DNA of 64,000 nt from positions 160,001 through 224,000 of the forward strand of contig JAWBYA010000002.1 in the NCBI GenBank assembly GCA_038867615.1, read 5' to 3'. This document shows, piece after piece, positions 52,025 to 63,306 of this stretch (position 1 is the first letter of the stretch; every line of letters begins with the position of its first letter). This DNA comes from Sulfolobales archaeon. Lineage in GTDB: Archaea > Thermoproteota > Thermoprotei_A > Sulfolobales > AG1. The position numbers and the translations under genes are program-made. Below the pieces are notes generated by a model. It made no database searches and was not told where the DNA came from. It saw only the letters and a program-made list of their open reading frames with translations.

Positions 52025-54004
52025 CTAGATCCTCTCGATCAAGAGCTCCCCATAGCTCCCAACCCTCACACCCCAGCCCTCGGGAACAACTGTAGTTGAT
52101 CCATACTCGTCTATGAGTACAGGACCCTTGATATGAGAACCAGCACCTAGATCCTCTCTCCAATATACCGGGACTTCAACCCAGCTACCACCTATATTAG
52201 CCCTCCTATACCCCCTAGGAGATACAGAGCCAGAGCCAGCAGGGGCCTTGAGCCTAGGCTTCCTCCTCCTAACTATAGCGAAAACCCTTATAGTAACAAC
52301 CTCAACAGGGTTATCAATCCTAAAGCCATAGATTGCTAGATGCCTCTCCTCAAAAGTCCTCGCTATATCCTCAAGCGATGCAGGTCTCCCCACGGGTACC
52401 GTGACCTCCCAGCCCTGCCCCGCATACCTTGCATCCGCGTATCTTATAAAGAGATCCACTCTGCCAAGCCTCTTGAGAAGCCTCTCTTCAAGCTCTCTGA
52501 AAGCACCCTCTATATCTCTTGGGAACGAGGCTCTCAGCTCGAACCTCCAGTCAGCTAGTAGGAGGCCTAGTGCGCTGAAAACGCTGGGGAGCGGTGGTAT
52601 GACCACCCTCTCAATCCCCATCTCCTCAGCAATCCCCACAGCATGCTGAGGCCCTGCGCCTCCGAAAGCCATTAAGGCGAACTCGGAGGGGTCGAGACCT
52701 CTCTCAACCGTGACAAGCCTTATAGCCCTCGCAGCCTCTAGATCTGCTAGCCTTATAGCCTCTAGAGAAACCTCGTAGGGATCTCCAAGCCTGGAGAGAC
52801 CCTCTAAAGCCTTATCACTATATAGCCTCATAGAGCCTCCTAGAAGGGACTCTCCAAGCCTTCCAAGCACTAGGTTTGCATCAGTTATAGTAGGTCTAGA
52901 GCCTCCCCTCCCATAGCATATAGGCCCTGGGTCCGAGCCAGCACTTATAGGCCCGACCCTCAGGGCTCCTGCCTCGTCCCTCCAGATAATGGTACCCCCG
53001 CCTGCCGATACCTCAGCAAGATCTATGAATGGGAATCTCACCGGGTAGCCTGAGCCCTTAACAATCCTCCCATAGTTAGCCTCGCCACCAACCTCATACT
53101 CGCCAGTGATCTCTATCTCGCCATCAACTATAGTCCCAGCCTTTGCTGTAGTACCACCTATATCAAGGCTGATCACCCTCCTCTCCCCAATCATTCTAGC
53201 CAGCTCTGCTGCTGCAACAACCCCCGCAGCCGGGCCGCTCTCTATAACCTGGATCGGTCTCTCAACAGCCTCTCTGGTATCGATGAGACCCCCAGAGCTT
53301 GACATAATATAGAGCCTCGGTTCCCCGAAGCCCTTGAGGCTCTCCTCGAGGGAGCCTATATATCTGGAGACGAGAGGCATGAGGACCGCGTTAACCACAG
53401 CTGTTGATGTCCTCTCATACTCCCTCGGCTCTGGGGCTATCTCGTGTGATGCCACTACGTATCTAAACCTCCCAGCAAGGATCTTTTTAACGGCGATCTC
53501 GTTTGAGGGGTTTATATATGAGTGGAGGAACGATATCGCGATCGAATCAACACCAGCCTTAGAGATCTTCTCCGCGATCAGAGATATCTCACCAGGATCT
53601 GGGGGAATAATGATCTCTCCTGAAGGTCCTGTTCTCTCATTAACCTCGAACCTAAGCTCTCTGGGAACAAGTGGTTTTGGTTTTTCGAAGAACTGATCAT
53701 ATAGCCTCGGTCTATTCTGTCTACCAATCTCTATAACATCCCTAAAACCCTTGGTTGTTATCAAAGCGACCCTGGGGATCTCGAGCCCCACCTGGCCTCT
53801 CAAAGCATTGGTAGCTATGGTTGTTGCATGCATAATCTCCGATACTCTAGCCCCGATCATCCCCAACCCCCTAACAATAGTCTCTTCAGGTCTCCTGGGG
53901 TTGGTAAGGATCTTGAAGGATCTCACAGTACCATCGTCATCCATGAAAACAAAATCCGTGAATGTACCCCCAACATCGACCGCAGCAATCAGTGTCAAAA
54001 CCAC
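52025..54004 (-). CDS. Hydantoinase A / 5-oxoprolinase ATP-binding subunit
   Basis: [37 protein letters not shown]. Confidence 0.95.
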   Translation of the reverse strand: MVLTLIAAVDVGGTFTDFVFMDDDGTVRSFKILTNPRRPEETIVRGLGMIGARVSEIMHATTIATNALRGQVGLEIPRVALITTKGFRDVIEIGRQNRPRLYDQFFEKPKPLVPRELRFEVNERTGPSGEIIIPPDPGEISLIAEKISKAGVDSIAISFLHSYINPSNEIAVKKILAGRFRYVVASHEIAPEPREYERTSTAVVNAVLMPLVSRYIGSLEESLKGFGEPRLYIMSSSGGLIDTREAVERPIQVIESGPAAGVVAAAELARMIGERRVISLDIGGTTAKAGTIVDGEIEITGEYEVGGEANYGRIVKGSGYPVRFPFIDLAEVSAGGGTIIWRDEAGALRVGPISAGSDPGPICYGRGGSRPTITDANLVLGRLGESLLGGSMRLYSDKALEGLSRLGDPYEVSLEAIRLADLEAARAIRLVTVERGLDPSEFALMAFGGAGPQHAVGIAEEMGIERVVIPPLPSVFSALGLLLADWRFELRASFPRDIEGAFRELEERLLKRLGRVDLFIRYADARYAGQGWEVTVPVGRPASLEDIARTFEERHLAIYGFRIDNPVEVVTIRVFAIVRRRKPRLKAPAGSGSVSPRGYRRANIGGSWVEVPVYWREDLGAGSHIKGPVLIDEYGSTTVVPEGWGVRVGSYGELLIERI

Positions 54005-54260
54005 ATCCCCACCTTTCTGTCTTTATCTTAATAGCATTAAATGTTACAGAGACCCTGAATAATGCCGCAAGAAACATAACCAAGGCTAAGGAAACGATCT
54101 TTACTCTGTCTGTTAAAACCGCAAGGCTGCTAAAGCGTACTATCAACGAGACCCACAAGCCTACTGGTGATTAGTATATTAAGGCGCGAGAGACCTCCGT
54201 CAAGTGAGGGGGATAACCGGGCTACATGCGATAGTGATTGTTAGGATAGCTAGCTCTATT

Positions 54261-54716
54261 CTATATCTCTATGAACTCTACCATGCCGCATGCTGCTAGC
54301 TTTACAGCTGTGACTATATGGATCATGTGTACATATCCCCTCCTCAACCTTATATTTCCCATCGATAGATCCGCCTTTGATCTCACAGGAACCCTCTCAT
54401 AAGGATCCATGGGATAGCCTTTGAACATCGATGCATAGCTCTCAACAAGATGAGAAACGCTTCTAAGTATCTCTTTATCGAAAGAGTCTCCAGGATCTAT
54501 GCCTCCGAGGGTCTTAAAGATTCTGAGCTTTGCGAGAGAGCTCGCAGCACGATCCAGTGCTTCTATAAGCTCACCACAGATGCTTTTCTCACCCCTCCTA
54601 GAACACCAGGAAAGCGTCCTAGAGATCTTCTCGATCTCCTCGGCTATGTTTGCATAGCCGACCTCATAGATCTTTCTCAACATAACCTCCTCCTCAAGGA
54701 TCTTGCCCAGCTCCAC
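54261..54716 (-). CDS. GINS (Gins15/51-type)-like protein
   Basis: Helical A-domain with LAKLRIFK followed by B-domain-like VPVR...RRGYVHMI..AVKLAACGMVEFI. Confidence 0.45.
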   Translation of the reverse strand: MELGKILEEEVMLRKIYEVGYANIAEEIEKISRTLSWCSRRGEKSICGELIEALDRAASSLAKLRIFKTLGGIDPGDSFDKEILRSVSHLVESYASMFKGYPMDPYERVPVRSKADLSMGNIRLRRGYVHMIHIVTAVKLAACGMVEFIEI

Positions 54717-55065
54717 AAGATCACCGTATTAATATTTTAGAGAACTCGTTTATTTTTGATAAACATAAGAGAGAAGAGCGATCCATAGCTTTGTTGATAT
54801 TGCCTTGCAACTAAACGTTTCCATATTACCCTTGATAGTAGTGAGAGCAATGCTCAAAACCACCTGGGGGATAGACCATCTATTGATAAGAGCCCACACC
54901 ACTGGGTCTGTGTCAAAACCAAGACACAAGAAAAGAGATCCCCTCATATAGATAGAGACCTGATAAAAAGCACCAAAACACCGGGATAGATTGCTATAAC
55001 AAAGATACCTATGGCTCGCCATGTCTAGGTGGGAAAACAACCGTTCGACAGATCTGTTAAAAAAT

Positions 55066-55392
55066 CTATCCGAAGAGAGCTGAAAGTCCTTGCTCCAGCT
55101 CCTCCTCGCTGACCTCTTTCTTCTCCTCTTTCTTCTCCTCCTCTGGCTTGGCTTGCTTCTCCTGCTGTGCTTGTGGTGCCTGTGGTGCTGGGGCAGCAAC
55201 AGCAGCCGCTGGTGCAAAGACAGCTGTTTTGATAACTTCGTCGATGTTTATCTGCTTTACAGCCGCCACCAGGCTTTTCAGCCTTACCTCGTCAACCTCT
55301 ATCCCAGCTGATAATAGGATCTTTCTCACATTATCTTCGCTAATCTCTTTACCCGCCGAGTGTAGGAGGAGGGTTGCGTAGACGTACTCTAT
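55066..55392 (-). CDS. rpl12: Ribosomal stalk protein aP1 (L12), apparent ATA start
   Basis: (M)[20 protein letters not shown]...AAPAP...EEKKEEKKE...GLSALFG; GGTGA 6 nt upstream of the ATA. Confidence 0.93.
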   Translation of the reverse strand: MEYVYATLLLHSAGKEISEDNVRKILLSAGIEVDEVRLKSLVAAVKQINIDEVIKTAVFAPAAAVAAPAPQAPQAQQEKQAKPEEEKKEEKKEVSEEELEQGLSALFG

Positions 55393-55456
55393 ACTGATTC
55401 ACCTATTAACAATACTTATCGGAGGGATATAAGTGTTAATCACCTGGTATAGATCC

Positions 55457-56170
55457 TCATATCTCTATATTGGCATGCCTCTTCCCAAGATCCTCCTCAC
55501 TAATACCCAGCCTCTCCATCAACTCAACCACAAGCCCGTCGAGGAAAACCATCGCCGTATCCTCAAAGAGTGTTCCCAGGGGCGCTAGGGGCTCGTGAAT
55601 CCCCAGGATCTGTCTCATGAAGTAATCCTCCTCACGAGCAACCTTGGTTCTGCCAGGCACTACTATTACCGCATCGCATAGCTGGGCTAGCGGTGAGTCT
55701 GGGAAAGATGTTATCCCTAGTATCAAGGCACCAACGGTTTTAGCAGCCTCAGCAGCTGTTACTATAAGCTTAGTCCTCCCCGAACCGCTTATAGCTATCA
55801 CGAGATCCCCCTTACTTATAGGCGGGACTATAGTGTCCCCAAGCACATTGACCTGGTAGCCTAGGTGTAACAGCCTCATGGCAAAGGCTCTACCAACCAA
55901 CCCGCTTCTACCAGCACCCATAACAAGGATCTTCTTCTTCTGCCTATATACATCAAGGAGTAGAGAGATAGCTCTTGAGATCTCCTCGCTCGAGATCTTC
56001 TCAGAAGCCTCAAGTATAAAGCGGGCTATATTTACCATAGATCTTCTAAATGTCTCATAATTACTCTTGCTAGATAGATCTACTTGTGATCTGGGTCTTG
56101 GTGAGGGATTATCCACAGCTTCCCTAAATAGTGATATTCTAGAATGCTTATATAATCCAGCTGCAGCCAT
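55457..56170 (-). CDS. phi: 6-phospho-3-hexuloisomerase (SIS domain)
   Basis: [42 protein letters not shown]; true start probably downstream. Confidence 0.92.
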   Translation of the reverse strand: MAAAGLYKHSRISLFREAVDNPSPRPRSQVDLSSKSNYETFRRSMVNIARFILEASEKISSEEISRAISLLLDVYRQKKKILVMGAGRSGLVGRAFAMRLLHLGYQVNVLGDTIVPPISKGDLVIAISGSGRTKLIVTAAEAAKTVGALILGITSFPDSPLAQLCDAVIVVPGRTKVAREEDYFMRQILGIHEPLAPLGTLFEDTAMVFLDGLVVELMERLGISEEDLGKRHANIEI

Positions 56171-56213
56171 AGATCCTTAATAGCATGAACATGTAAATTA
56201 CGAACGATGGGAT

Positions 56214-57470
56214 CTAGAAGTCTAGACCATGCGTACCACCACTCCTTATAGCAATCATCTCCTTCCTAAGCCTGGAGAGCCTTATATTATGCATGAGGAA
56301 GAACACAACTATCGCAAGCCCTGTGAGAGGCGCTGAAGCCGCAGTAACCCCCTGGATCCCTGTGATGTCATAGATAGCCCTTAGGATAAGTGATGTGTTG
56401 AACAAGAGATAGGGGATATAGCTAGGCCTGGGGACTTTCCTAAGGCTAATCCCTGCATGGCTATACATAAGCACAGCATCCACGCCAAATATAGTGTTGA
56501 ATATAAAGCCAAGCGCCATAGCATGTATAGCAAGATCCCTTGGAAGGCTTGATACCTCGGTGAGGAGGGGTGTTAATGCAAAAAGAACCCCTCCCAACAG
56601 AAGCCATGTGAACGCTGTCACCATATGCACCAATGAATACCTAGCCATATAGATTGGGACAAGGCCTCCCCTAACCCCGCTTCTAAGGCTTGAGAGAAGC
56701 CCTAGATCCTTGAACGCTAGAAGCGAGCCGATGATCACTAGGAAGCCTCCAGCAACATCTTTATAGGGGATCTTGGCTGAATATATAATAACACCTATAA
56801 CCACCAACACATAGCCAGCCATGATCATAGCCCTATAGGGTGGGCGTTTCCCACCAACCTGGCCCGTGAGAAGCGGTATGTCTCTCGACTCGACAGCCAG
56901 TATAGCTCCGAGAGGGAATACAAGGCTGGCGATTCCTATCTCATATATAGGTGATCCTAGAAAGACCCTCTGAAGGATCCAGAGTAATAATACCAAGAAT
57001 GTTATTACAGGTGTTAAGACCAAGAGGATATTGTATTGAGTTGGTCTGAAACCAAGCCTGCTGGGTCTTAGAAAGACAGATGATCCATATGCTGATAGCA
57101 GAGCCATATTGATCGATACCAAGGCTAGGGAAGCAACAACCTCGCCATAGATCCAGAGGATAACAGACCCCCAGAAGAGGGCTAGGTACAAGGCTATATA
57201 GTGGGTAGGAGCAACCCTGCCCGACCACTCAAAGGATAGGAGGGAGAATATCTCTAAAGATATTAGTGAGAGTAGAAACCCATAGATCATTAGAAACCAG
57301 TGGAAACCAGCTCCCGGGAGGTTCTCTGCAAAAGCGATATCTATTCCTTGGTATTTGAGCATCAAGATAATCCCGACAAACCCTCCCAGCAACAGAGTAA
57401 CCATTCCCGAGAGCATTATCGGCCTTCCAACGCCTAGGGGATAAAAAGATCCGCCTACTCCCAAGATCAC
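56214..57470 (-). CDS. NnrS-like multi-pass membrane protein
   Basis: About 12 TM; FHWFLMIYGF and AIHAMALGFIFNTIFG resemble NnrS His motifs. Confidence 0.55.
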   Translation of the reverse strand: MILGVGGSFYPLGVGRPIMLSGMVTLLLGGFVGIILMLKYQGIDIAFAENLPGAGFHWFLMIYGFLLSLISLEIFSLLSFEWSGRVAPTHYIALYLALFWGSVILWIYGEVVASLALVSINMALLSAYGSSVFLRPSRLGFRPTQYNILLVLTPVITFLVLLLWILQRVFLGSPIYEIGIASLVFPLGAILAVESRDIPLLTGQVGGKRPPYRAMIMAGYVLVVIGVIIYSAKIPYKDVAGGFLVIIGSLLAFKDLGLLSSLRSGVRGGLVPIYMARYSLVHMVTAFTWLLLGGVLFALTPLLTEVSSLPRDLAIHAMALGFIFNTIFGVDAVLMYSHAGISLRKVPRPSYIPYLLFNTSLILRAIYDITGIQGVTAASAPLTGLAIVVFFLMHNIRLSRLRKEMIAIRSGGTHGLDF

Positions 57471-57544
57471 CCCTGATTAATGACACGACACGCCCTATAT
57501 AGCATCAACCTAATCTTTTAGTCTGTGATCTTTGGGCCAGCGTT

Positions 57545-57961
57545 CTACCCACCATAGCTGGCACAGTAGTCGTCTGTCTCGCAAACCTCAACCTCTGATA
57601 AGCCCTTTATACCCATGTTCTCAAGAGACTCATAGATCCACCTGGATAGCTCCTCAGCAGATGCTATCTTTATGGGAAGCCTTACGTTCTTGGCGCCAGC
57701 TATGTCCTCCTGACCCTCTGATAATATATATGAGTGATCCAGGGGTTCGAGGAGGGTATTGACGGCTTTGCTAAGCTCATCAAGATCCATAACCCATGGC
57801 GTGCTCCCATCAGCACATACCTTCACCCTAACAAGGTAGTTATGCCCATGTATCTTTGAACATTTCTGGCTAAGATTCTCGGGAACCCTGTGCCCAGCGA
57901 TAAACCTGGATCTCACACTTATGCATGTCCTCAAACCCGCCGCCTCCGCAACTACCAACAC
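57545..57961 (-). CDS. queD: 6-carboxy-5,6,7,8-tetrahydropterin synthase / PTPS
   Basis: FIAGH, KCSKIHGHNY, LDH, SAEEL, VCET. Confidence 0.88.
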   Translation of the reverse strand: MLVVAEAAGLRTCISVRSRFIAGHRVPENLSQKCSKIHGHNYLVRVKVCADGSTPWVMDLDELSKAVNTLLEPLDHSYILSEGQEDIAGAKNVRLPIKIASAEELSRWIYESLENMGIKGLSEVEVCETDDYCASYGG

Positions 57962-58159
57962 AGTATAGCTGTAAGGCCCATAAATACCCGCCGTTTTCCT
58001 CTTACGTATGATCTTCCCTGCTATATAGATCTAAATGTGTGAGGGTTTAGATCAATAGGACTAAGAAAAGAGCTATTAATATCTAGCGTGGAGCAGTATA
58101 ACGAATACCAAGTAAACGTGCGTGATAGCCTTAGTTCTTTGGGCTATGGTGCTTTAGAG

Positions 58160-59173
58160 CTAGGATGCACGCCCTTCTACTCGATCTATTCTGACGCATC
58201 CCACGCTTTTCACTACATTATTTACTCTTGATAATATGTAGTCATGGAGGGGTTTCTCGATCCTGATCTTATATAATAGTTTGTATATAGCTGGTATTCC
58301 TATAAAAGCTCCAGCCGCTGGTTTATGTCCTCCCCCGCCTAGACCGAGGGCTATTAGTCTTACATCGCATTTCCTAGACCTCAGGCTTAGGGGGCCTGAA
58401 GGGTTTATTATCAATGCTATATCGCTATTACTTATTGATAGAATATAGTGGGCTAGCTGGCTAGCCGAGATCTCTCTATGTCTCTTAACAACAGAAGCTA
58501 GAGAAACACTATCGATCCTAGTGATCCTGGTTTTTCTCCTATAGTGATTATATAGCCTCAGCTCCTTATCTACGAGCTTCTCAACATAAGGCCTTCCCCA
58601 GGCTATGATATCCTCAATACTCTGTGATTTGATCAGCAGGTTTAGGAGAAGCCTTCTCCAGAGATCATCCTTCCTATATATTGAGATCCTTAGGAGCCAT
58701 GGTGATAGTGGGTCATCGAACCTCCACAGATCTATGGAACATACTGCTGAGATAAGGCTCTCGATAAAACGATCCCTGTTCTCCGAGGCCGAGGCCACGA
58801 CGCCCGTGGCGCACATGGATCTATCGATCTTTATTCTAGCATATCTAGAGAGCGAGTTGAACACATTCTCATCCCATACGTGGTGGTCGTACCACTCAAC
58901 CTCGACTCCCTTGTTCTTGAAAGCACCAAGTATAACTCCTATTCTTTCGGCATTGTTAGCATTTGGCGAGAGATCTGTTATAACAACCCTCTCGGCAGAG
59001 CCCCCGTAGAGATCCCAGGCTTCTTCAACAGCGTATTCAAGATCCTCGGGCTCTGTGAAGATAACGACGTATCTCTTCCCCTCAAGCTTTAGCCTTATAT
59101 AGGCTGCAGCACTCCCGATCCCGTCTATATCGGTGTGGGTTATTATCACATTGACACTACTGCTCAAAAACAC
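58160..59173 (-). CDS. DHH/DHHA1 phosphoesterase
   Basis: THTDIDG, ITDLS, YDHH, SLRS, GGGHKPAAG. Confidence 0.9.
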   Translation of the reverse strand: MFLSSSVNVIITHTDIDGIGSAAAYIRLKLEGKRYVVIFTEPEDLEYAVEEAWDLYGGSAERVVITDLSPNANNAERIGVILGAFKNKGVEVEWYDHHVWDENVFNSLSRYARIKIDRSMCATGVVASASENRDRFIESLISAVCSIDLWRFDDPLSPWLLRISIYRKDDLWRRLLLNLLIKSQSIEDIIAWGRPYVEKLVDKELRLYNHYRRKTRITRIDSVSLASVVKRHREISASQLAHYILSISNSDIALIINPSGPLSLRSRKCDVRLIALGLGGGGHKPAAGAFIGIPAIYKLLYKIRIEKPLHDYILSRVNNVVKSVGCVRIDRVEGRAS

Positions 59174-59211
59174 ATCAGCTCTCTAGATCAGTGATTCGAT
59201 GCTTATAAAGG

Positions 59212-60138
59212 TTAGCGCCGAGACTTCTTATCCCTAAACCTCTTGCTATATATATAGGACGCCACCTCGAAAACAATTTTAGCTCCAAGCATCGAGGTTA
59301 CTCCGGAAGGGTCTGCCAGTGGGTTTATCTCAACCAAGTCAAAGCCTGTTACCCTTTCATCAACCACATCATATAGAAGATCAAGAAGATCCCATGTAGC
59401 TATTCCATCAGGCTCAGGAGTCCCTGTCCCGGGAGCGAAGGAGGGGTCGAGCACGTCTATATCTATGGATAGATAGATATGCTTATGATTATCCATGAAC
59501 CTGAGGATCTTCCCTGCAACAGCCCTTCTACCCTCCCTCCTAAACTCAAGGCTTGTCACATAATCAACACCGCTTTTAGCAGCAACTCTCATCTCCTCCT
59601 TAGTATATGCCCTCACACCGACTAGGAGCACGCTTCCGGGACCGAGGAGGTCTGCTATTCGTTTTGAGACACATGCATGGCTAAACTTATTACCCATATA
59701 CTCATCCCTAAGATCCATGTGGGCGTCTAGAACAACAACCCCTGTGTCTCGGGGGAGGGCTCTTACAGGCCCTAGCGTTACTGTGTGCTCGCCCCCAACA
59801 ACTATCGGGATCCTCCCCTCTGATACGAGATCCTTAACAACCGCCTCTATAGCCTCTATAGTCTTCGCAGAATCGCCGTGGAATACCGCTACATCCCCCT
59901 CATCATAGACCCCGATCTCCTCCATATCAACACCAGACCTGGGGCTGAAGAGCTCGAGGCTTCTTGAATAAATCCTAAGATAATCCGGAGCGAATCTAGA
60001 GCCTGGTTTAAAGGTTGATGTGCTATCGAAAGGAACTCCTAAGAAGCTGAAGATCGTTTTATCCCTATTCCACTCATAACCGCCAAAGGCTGTTGGTCTC
60101 TTCACTAAATATAGATCCTTTAAACCCACCTGGAGCAC
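59212..60138 (-). CDS. speB: Agmatinase (ureohydrolase)
   Basis: GGEH, DAHMD, SHAC, SIDIDVLDPSFAPGTGTPE. Confidence 0.92.
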   Translation of the reverse strand: MLQVGLKDLYLVKRPTAFGGYEWNRDKTIFSFLGVPFDSTSTFKPGSRFAPDYLRIYSRSLELFSPRSGVDMEEIGVYDEGDVAVFHGDSAKTIEAIEAVVKDLVSEGRIPIVVGGEHTVTLGPVRALPRDTGVVVLDAHMDLRDEYMGNKFSHACVSKRIADLLGPGSVLLVGVRAYTKEEMRVAAKSGVDYVTSLEFRREGRRAVAGKILRFMDNHKHIYLSIDIDVLDPSFAPGTGTPEPDGIATWDLLDLLYDVVDERVTGFDLVEINPLADPSGVTSMLGAKIVFEVASYIYSKRFRDKKSRR

Positions 60139-60153
60139 CTATAATGCATGGTG

Positions 60154-60621
60154 CTAAGCACTGCTTCTTTCCTTGCTCTGTATAATAACCTCTCCCCCAG
60201 AGCTCTTTATAGCCTCCACAGCTTTTTCTGTAGCGTATTTAACTATAACCTTAAGCGGTGTTGAGATCCTTCCAGATCCTAGGAGTTTGTTATAACCATG
60301 CTCCCCAAGATCTATTACAGGCATTTCTCCCTCGGTCTTGAGAGCCCCGGAGATCCTGAGCTTCTCTACAAGCTCTTCCAACTGTGATAGGTTTATACCC
60401 CTTATCTCTTCCCAGTGCTCGGGACCTCTTGGTGTAAAGCCCCTCTTTCCATACCATTCTGGGAAGTATTTCAGAACCCACATCCATTTATGCTTGTGGA
60501 AACCCACTGCACCCTTACCGCCCCTGCTTCCCGACTTTCTATGCTGGCCCACATTACCCCAGCCCATTGTTCTTGTCCTACCCCTCAGCTTTCTACTCTT
60601 CCTCCTCCTCCTAACCACCAT
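60154..60621 (-). CDS. rpl15: 50S ribosomal protein uL15
   Basis: RKLRG.RTMGWG..GQHRKSG, KLLGSG. Confidence 0.96.
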   Translation of the reverse strand: MVVRRRRKSRKLRGRTRTMGWGNVGQHRKSGSRGGKGAVGFHKHKWMWVLKYFPEWYGKRGFTPRGPEHWEEIRGINLSQLEELVEKLRISGALKTEGEMPVIDLGEHGYNKLLGSGRISTPLKVIVKYATEKAVEAIKSSGGEVIIQSKERSSA

Positions 60622-61110
60622 CTAGATCATCCTCCTTATGAGATCATTTATATCCTGACCCCTATAGCCCAGCTCTCCACCATTCCCATATGGCTTTTTA
60701 ATAGAGCCCTTAAATCCGCCGCTTGGTGGGTGGAGTCTGAAGACAGGCTTTACTATGTTATCGATCTTGTGGAGCATCTCCTCACCCTTATAGATCGCTG
60801 TGGCAAGCTCCTCTATAGATTTATACTTATTATTAGTAGCCCTGGCTATATAGTCATCGCTCAAACGCCTATTCCCAGGAGCCCTGCCCCTCTTCTTTAT
60901 AAGATCCAGGAGTGTTTCGTAGCTAATCTCGCCCCATGTTATCCACATAGCTGCCTTTCTAAGCATACCCCCCACACCAGGGAGGCTGTCTGGATAGAGT
61001 GTCGCGTGGAATTTCCTATAAAGCCTCAGCAACTCTAGTGTTTTCTCAACATCAGGCGGTACGTCAACCCTTCCTCTAAGCCTTATTATTGCTAGGAGAG
61101 CCATGATCAC
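60622..61110 (-). CDS. rpl30: 50S ribosomal protein uL30
   Basis: [29 protein letters not shown]. Confidence 0.96.
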   Translation of the reverse strand: MIMALLAIIRLRGRVDVPPDVEKTLELLRLYRKFHATLYPDSLPGVGGMLRKAAMWITWGEISYETLLDLIKKRGRAPGNRRLSDDYIARATNNKYKSIEELATAIYKGEEMLHKIDNIVKPVFRLHPPSGGFKGSIKKPYGNGGELGYRGQDINDLIRRMI

Positions 61111-61769
61111 CTACCCCACTCACTCACAGAGACAAACCTATATGCACGCCTAAGAGCGTCAAACACCGCTTGGGCGAAATTAATAGTCGTTGAAGTCTTA
61201 CCCCTACTCCACGACCATATATCACTTATACCAGCATATCTCAGGATAACTTTAGCAGTATCCCCAGCAACAAGCCCTGTCCCCTTGGGTGCTGGTTTCA
61301 ACACCACATCAACACTGCCAGCCTTGCCCCTGACTTGGTAGGGTATTGAGTGGGGCTCTGAGCACCCGCACTCGAAGCTACCGCAACCCCTTCTCACGGG
61401 GATTATGTTGAGCTTAGCATCTGCTAAAGCCTTATCAACAGCTATTCTCAGCTGCCTAGCCTTACCAACACCGAGTCCTACGAAGCCATTCTGGTTGCCG
61501 ACCACAACAACTACCCTGAACCTAGTGATCCTGCCCGCGTCTGTCATTTTCTGCACCATATTTATATCTATGATCTCGTGCTGGAGCTCTCTGCCAAGGA
61601 GAGCGTCAACGATCTCTGGCTCTTTTATCCTCATATTCATATCGAATATCTCTTTAAGAGATCCTATCTTACCCTCCTTAACAAGCCACCCAAGCCTTGT
61701 CCTGGGTTTCCACTCCTCTATAGCCTCGTATGGCTGTATCTTCTCACCAAACTCCTCAGCGCTCACCAA
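61107..61769 (-). CDS. rps5: 30S ribosomal protein uS5
   Basis: [31 protein letters not shown]. Confidence 0.97.
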   Translation of the reverse strand: MVSAEEFGEKIQPYEAIEEWKPRTRLGWLVKEGKIGSLKEIFDMNMRIKEPEIVDALLGRELQHEIIDINMVQKMTDAGRITRFRVVVVVGNQNGFVGLGVGKARQLRIAVDKALADAKLNIIPVRRGCGSFECGCSEPHSIPYQVRGKAGSVDVVLKPAPKGTGLVAGDTAKVILRYAGISDIWSWSRGKTSTTINFAQAVFDALRRAYRFVSVSEWGR

Positions 61770-62382
61770 CCCTCACCTCCACACCTAGTTTCTTCCCAAG
61801 CTCTACTATTCTTGAAAATACCTGGTCAAAATGCTCGGGGAGCTTTCTAGGGTCAAGCCCTCTGCTCAGGATCTCTGAGAACTGCCTCTTAAACGCCTCG
61901 GGATCGTTTGACGAGAGCTGTTCAGCGTACCTAGCTATATCCTCACCCCTGATCCTCTCCCAACTCGGGATCATATCCTCATCCACAGGGATCTTAAGCC
62001 CGGCATCGATAGCGCCCTTAACAACAGCATAGATCCTAGAGCCTCTAACACTCGCGTGAAGCCCTATATCTAGCACTGCTTCCTCAACACCCATCAGCCT
62101 TGCCTTGATACCGAGGAGAAGCCCTGCTAGATAGGCTGCGGGTGTGCTCTTACCACCCCCCATCCAGCCTAGCTTTTTAATAAGCTCTGAGGTGTTGGTT
62201 GCTGCCAGGGTTATATCGCCTATAGGGGTTGGTCTGATGATCTGTACTGTTATGTATCTATTGCTCCTTCTAACAACAAGTCTAGTGGCTCTCGAGAGTA
62301 CATAGGTATATCTCTTATAATAGTTAGTCTTACCCTCCCTCTTCCTTCTCCTTGGAACCCTATATGTTGGTCCCCTAGCCAT
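61756..62382 (-). CDS. rpl18: 50S ribosomal protein uL18
   Basis: [33 protein letters not shown]. Confidence 0.96.
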   Translation of the reverse strand: MARGPTYRVPRRRKREGKTNYYKRYTYVLSRATRLVVRRSNRYITVQIIRPTPIGDITLAATNTSELIKKLGWMGGGKSTPAAYLAGLLLGIKARLMGVEEAVLDIGLHASVRGSRIYAVVKGAIDAGLKIPVDEDMIPSWERIRGEDIARYAEQLSSNDPEAFKRQFSEILSRGLDPRKLPEHFDQVFSRIVELGKKLGVEVRVGER

Positions 62383-62383
62383 G

Positions 62384-62851
62384 CTATCGACCCTCCTTGA
62401 TAACACCTATCGATTTGAGGTACATCTTGAGAGAAGATATATCGTGAAACGCTCCTCCCTTAATCTTCCTATAGAGGGATCTATAGAGCTTTGTATCTAT
62501 AACGCCCTTCTCTCTGAGCAGCTTTATATAGATCCTCATCCTCCTAACCCTATTGATCCAGTCCCTCTTCTTATCAAGCCTAGCCCCAGCATTACCTTTC
62601 CTACTACCATGTCCTCTCCTCCTACCCTTCTTCCTCTTCTCGTGGAGAACCTTATACCTACCCCTACTATTCCTCGAAGGATCTATGGCGTATATGGCTC
62701 CATCTTCTATAAGAGCTTTAATCTCATCCCTCCTGAAGGCTTTCTCTATATCCTCAAGCCTCTCAGGATCGAATCTAATGTTATTAACACCAACGCCCAG
62801 GATATCTGCCGCAAGCCTCTTCTGGAGAGAAAGGTCTGGCATAAGGCTCAC
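62384..62851 (-). CDS. rpl19e: 50S ribosomal protein eL19
   Basis: LQKRLAADILGVG, GRRRGHGSRKG, YRKIKGG. Confidence 0.96.
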   Translation of the reverse strand: MSLMPDLSLQKRLAADILGVGVNNIRFDPERLEDIEKAFRRDEIKALIEDGAIYAIDPSRNSRGRYKVLHEKRKKGRRRGHGSRKGNAGARLDKKRDWINRVRRMRIYIKLLREKGVIDTKLYRSLYRKIKGGAFHDISSLKMYLKSIGVIKEGR

Positions 62852-63306
62852 CCGTTAGCCACCTTAAAGCCTCTCTCAACAGCTATTTTAAGCACCTCGC
62901 TCCTCTTTCTAGAGCCGAGGGTTGATGCTATATAGATAATGTGCCTCTTTGGATCAAGACCCTCTAGATCCTTAGGATTAGCTATAACAACAGGCTCCAG
63001 ACCGCTTGGGTGAAGCCCCCTAATACTGCTAGGAGTTCTATAACCAACCTCGGCTATCGGCGGGTAGCCCTTGATCCTTAGTCTCATCTTGTTATCCTTA
63101 CCCTTAGGCTTAACCCACTTCAGGTTGTTCTCGAATTTGGGGAACTTCCACCAAAGTGTTCTCAGAAACTCTACCCTCTTTTTACCACCAACCCTCTCCT
63201 GGATCTTTCTAAGCCTCTTCAGCTCCGAGAGGATCTCATTCCTTCTCCTCATAATATCCTCAAGACTAAGACTCTCAACAGGACTCTGGCTCTCAGCGGA
63301 GCTCAC
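62848..63306 (-). CDS. rpl32e: 50S ribosomal protein eL32
   Basis: WVKPKGKDNKMR, GYRTP..IRGLHPSG. Confidence 0.95.
   Translation of the reverse strand: MSSAESQSPVESLSLEDIMRRRNEILSELKRLRKIQERVGGKKRVEFLRTLWWKFPKFENNLKWVKPKGKDNKMRLRIKGYPPIAEVGYRTPSSIRGLHPSGLEPVVIANPKDLEGLDPKRHIIYIASTLGSRKRSEVLKIAVERGFKVANG

Noticed and set aside
54010-54260. Small ORFs or an sRNA upstream of the oxoprolinase genes, and the non-rpl12 part of ORF 54750-55217
   Set aside because: Conflicting frames, with no motif or stable structure to support a call.
57962-58060. preQ1-type riboswitch upstream of queD (hairpin near 58028-58053)
   Set aside because: A TATA-like box about 20-25 nt from the start implies a leaderless mRNA, and the hairpin lies upstream of it and is built from GATC palindromes.
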